Source of the DNA: the human T2T-CHM13v2.0 reference genome, Homo sapiens
DNA: 64,000 nt
Strand: one strand, 5' to 3'
Assembly: GCF_009914755.1 (NCBI RefSeq)
Contig: NC_060929.1
Positions 60,818 through 64,000 of this stretch are shown here, piece by piece. The position numbers and the translations under genes were made by a program. Every line of letters starts with the position of its first letter. Within the stretch, counting starts at the first letter, position 1. The notes beneath the pieces are model-generated. The model was not told the origin of the DNA, did no database searches, and saw nothing but the letters and a program-made list of their open reading frames with translations.

Positions 60818-62100
60818 CCTGTGTAAGGTAAGTGTCCCAGGACATAAATGGTCATGCTGAGGAGAGAGTTTGACTTTATTTTCTAGTGCTGGATTAGATA
60901 AAACAGTATGCTTGTGTTTCATTTGGCTAAAGTCTCTTACTCCACTCCTAAATCCCATATTTATATTAAATGCTTAGTTCCCATAAGTATCTGAGAGTCA
61001 ACCACAGGTGCTAATGGGAATGGGAAACAAAGAAGGAATTTTAAAGAGGAGAACAACCTGGTATGATTTGCACATGAAATCAAGCTGAAAACAATGAGTA
61101 AGGTGTATTTTAAGGTGGCAAAACTTGAGTTAGCTAATTTAGGAAGTTGCTGCAAGAGTTGAGGTGAAAAACTCTTGGAAGTGATGAAGAATAGAGGATA
61201 GATTGCAGAACTAAAATAAATAGGACTTCGGAAGAATTAGTTGTAGAGGGTGAGGGAAAAAAAGGAGATGACAATTAAGTTCACGAACCCACCATATTTC
61301 CATCTAACATCTCTCAGTGAGTTGGGGAAGGTAGCAGAAGGTGCAGGTCTGGAATGAAAGATTCATTCAGGATACTTAGTAGCTTGTGGTATCCTTATGG
61401 CTTTAACCATCCTGTGCTGAGTTCTACTTTATTGTTACAGCTTTATCTGTCTGACTTTACTGTAAGGTCACTGAGAGCAAGGACTAAGTCTTCTCTATCT
61501 CAATATTCCTTAAAATACATTTTGAAAAATAACTCATTAAGTTATTAAAAATATCATTCTCAAACAAACATGTATCCAAATGTCATATACCTTGTTAATT
61601 AAAGGAACCAGTAGAATGACTGAGCTGGTTTGAGAAGAAATTGAAGGATGGGGTAAGACCTGCTGAAATGAAAGCTGTATGTTAGAAACAAAAGTAGTTA
61701 ATGTGCTTATAGGACAAAAACTCAATCTTTATTTGCATGGTTTTATTTTTTCTATCAAGTTGAAAAACGCATCATACCTTATCATTTTTCTATGAATTAG
61801 CCTCTACCTTGATAGAATTGTAAAACTTCTGAGCTCTCTTGAATCATTGTATTTCCCCAATTGGAATATTATAAACTACAGAGAAACTATAGAGACATAT
61901 ACTTCTTATTTGCCTTATGTCTAAGTTTTGAATATTTTTTTCTACACACATTTCTGTGGTGGCTCTAAGAATATTTAATGTGCATTTTTTATATTGAATA
62001 CATATCTTATGACTGTACAAAAAAGATTTGAGGTAATGTAAATTAAAGGCAAAATCAAAGCAAATGAAAGGCAAAACAATAAGGTCGATAAAATAAAAAA

Positions 62101-62255
62101 GGCTGGGTGCAGTGGCTCACACCTGTAATCCTTGCACTTCGGGAATCTGAGGTGGGAGGATTGCTTGGGCCCAGGAGCTCAAGGTTGCAGTGAGCTATGA
62201 TTGCATCACTGCACTCCAGCCTGGGCGACAGCAAGTCCTCACTGTAAAAAAAATA
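62101..62255 (+). mobile_element. Alu monomer (FRAM-like or left/right recombinant AluJ)
   Basis: Left-arm 5' end joined to a right-arm 3' end in one monomer. Confidence 0.85.
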
Positions 62256-62259
62256 AATA

Positions 62260-62555
62260 GGCCGGGTGCAGTGGCTCATGCCTGTAATCCCAGCACTTTG
62301 AGAGGCTGAGGTAGGCAGATCACATGAGGTTGGGAGTTCGAGACCAGCCTGACCAACATGGAGAAACCCCATCTCTACTAAAAATACAAAATTAGCTGGG
62401 CATGGTGGCACATGCCTGCAATGGGCTGAGGCAAGAGAATCACTTGAACCCAGGAGGTGGAGGTTGCAGTGAGCCGAGATCATGCCATTGCGCTCCAGCC
62501 TGGGCAACAAGAGCGAAACTCCATCTCAAACAAATAAATACATAAATAACAATAA
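62260..62555 (+). mobile_element. AluSp/Sq with short right-arm deletion
   Basis: CTGACCAACATGGAGAAA, GGCAACAAGAGCGAAAC. Confidence 0.95.
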
Positions 62556-63685
62556 AATAACAAAGAAAATAGAAAAAATTGATTAGATGTCACGATTAAA
62601 TATAGATATGTTTTTGCATTTGTTGGCAGTCAGGGCAAAATGGGAACATAGTAAATTTTCTCTTATCACAAGGGAAGAAAAATCTGGCTCCTGAGGTGGT
62701 TGTTATTTTTTTTGTGTTTTTCTTCTTCTAAATTCTAAAAGAAAGTGTCATGTGGGGCTTCATATAAATGACACAGATGTCATAGCCCTTTTTTTCAATA
62801 TTTTTATGGTAATTACAGGCACAAATTACCAATGACTATTTGTTATAGAACTTTTTGACCAAAAATTTACTTCATATTTATAAATATGTGTATGCACAAA
62901 CATGTTTTGGGTTAAAAACAGAATTTTTTTTCTCTAGAGGATTTTCAATGAGGAAAAAAAGCCTTCACTATTTACTTTTGTATTTCATATGTAGCTACAA
63001 ATTTGCTTAAATAAAATGAGCATTCTTTATCAGCCATTTGGCACAAATCTTAACCCATGGGGTAGGTAGGAATTTGACTATATCTCTGCACTTCCGCGAC
63101 TGTACCTGTAGATCAGAGGCAGGGCTATGTCATGAGCTGGTGGGAGGAATTCCTTTGTGTGGGTTTTGTATGGGCCTAGTAAATGTTTCCTTGTCTCACT
63201 AGCACTGTGGAAGGAAGTGCCTGCCGCCCACTTTAGCATCTCCAAAAAACACTGGGGTAATTTTCTCTGGATCTAGAAGAGGCCAGTTGAGTTGTTGACA
63301 TAACACATTTGAATTATATACCAAAACTGGAGTTAATCAAAACAGAGCTTTTCTTTTATAAAGTTATACAGGACCCCATAATAACTGCCTGTTTTATGGC
63401 ATGCTGATACGTAAGGTACCTTTCTCATAGAGACTCAATTGTTGTAAACCATCATCAAATAATGTAAATTGTGATGTCTTGAGAGGTGGGCCTATGTGTT
63501 ATTCTTCTCTGTGTTTAGAATTTGATATAGCTCCTGGCATATAAGTGCTTCCTATGAATGAGTGACAGAATACAAACTGATGAGTGACTTTTTTTTTTTT
63601 TTTTTTGCTAATAAAGATGAAGAGGTTACAATTAAAAGAGGAAACCTTCTTGACATGGATCTTATTGAGCCCATTCCAAAATACT

Positions 63686-63990
63686 AATTTTTCTTTGTTT
63701 CTTTGAGACAGGGTCTTGCTCTGTTGCCCAGGCTGGAGTGGAGTGGCATGATCATAGTTCACTGTAACCTTGAACTACTGGGCTCAAGTGATCCTCACCC
63801 CTCAGCCTCTCAAGTATCTGGGACTATTGGCACTCACCACCATGCCCGGCTAATTTTTATTATTATTTTTTAGTAGAGACAAGGGTCTTGCTATGTTGCC
63901 CAGGCTGGTCTCAAACTCCTGGCCTCAAGTGATCCTCCCGCCTCAGCCTTCCAAAGCACTGTATTACAAGTGTGAGCTACAGTATCCTGC
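63686..63990 (-). mobile_element. AluJ
   Basis: ATCATAGTTCACTGTAACCTTGAAC...GGGCTCAAGTGATCC. Confidence 0.95.
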
Positions 63991-64000
63991 TTAATATTAC

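Overview
Primate genomic DNA, most likely human or another ape: it carries AluJ/S/Y, MER11, MSTA, MIR and L2. The background is AT-rich and the window looks intronic or intergenic. I cannot support any protein-coding gene, RNA gene or processed pseudogene, and the ORF-track entries are Alu-derived or chance ORFs. About 45 Alu elements or fragments (roughly a fifth of the window, many with clear target-site duplications) sit among old L1M, L2, MIR, DNA-transposon (MER5, MER81, MER63) and LTR remnants (LTR47-like, LTR16C, MLT1, MER31-like, LTR33, MSTA, and a full solo MER11 with a 6-bp TSD). The most interesting signals are all candidates. (1) A sense MER11 LTR whose poly(A) hexamer appears mutated, followed 10 nt later by a consensus splice donor. 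(2) A CpG-retaining module at 56.8-58.4 kb with two co-oriented CTCF-like sites, a perfect DR4 nuclear-receptor element and candidate small exons. (3) A consensus TATA/Inr promoter candidate at 34.5 kb, near a switch in Alu orientation. Repeat family names come from recall of consensus sequences, and boundaries of old repeats are approximate. The host gene could not be identified, and nothing here demonstrates a new biological system.
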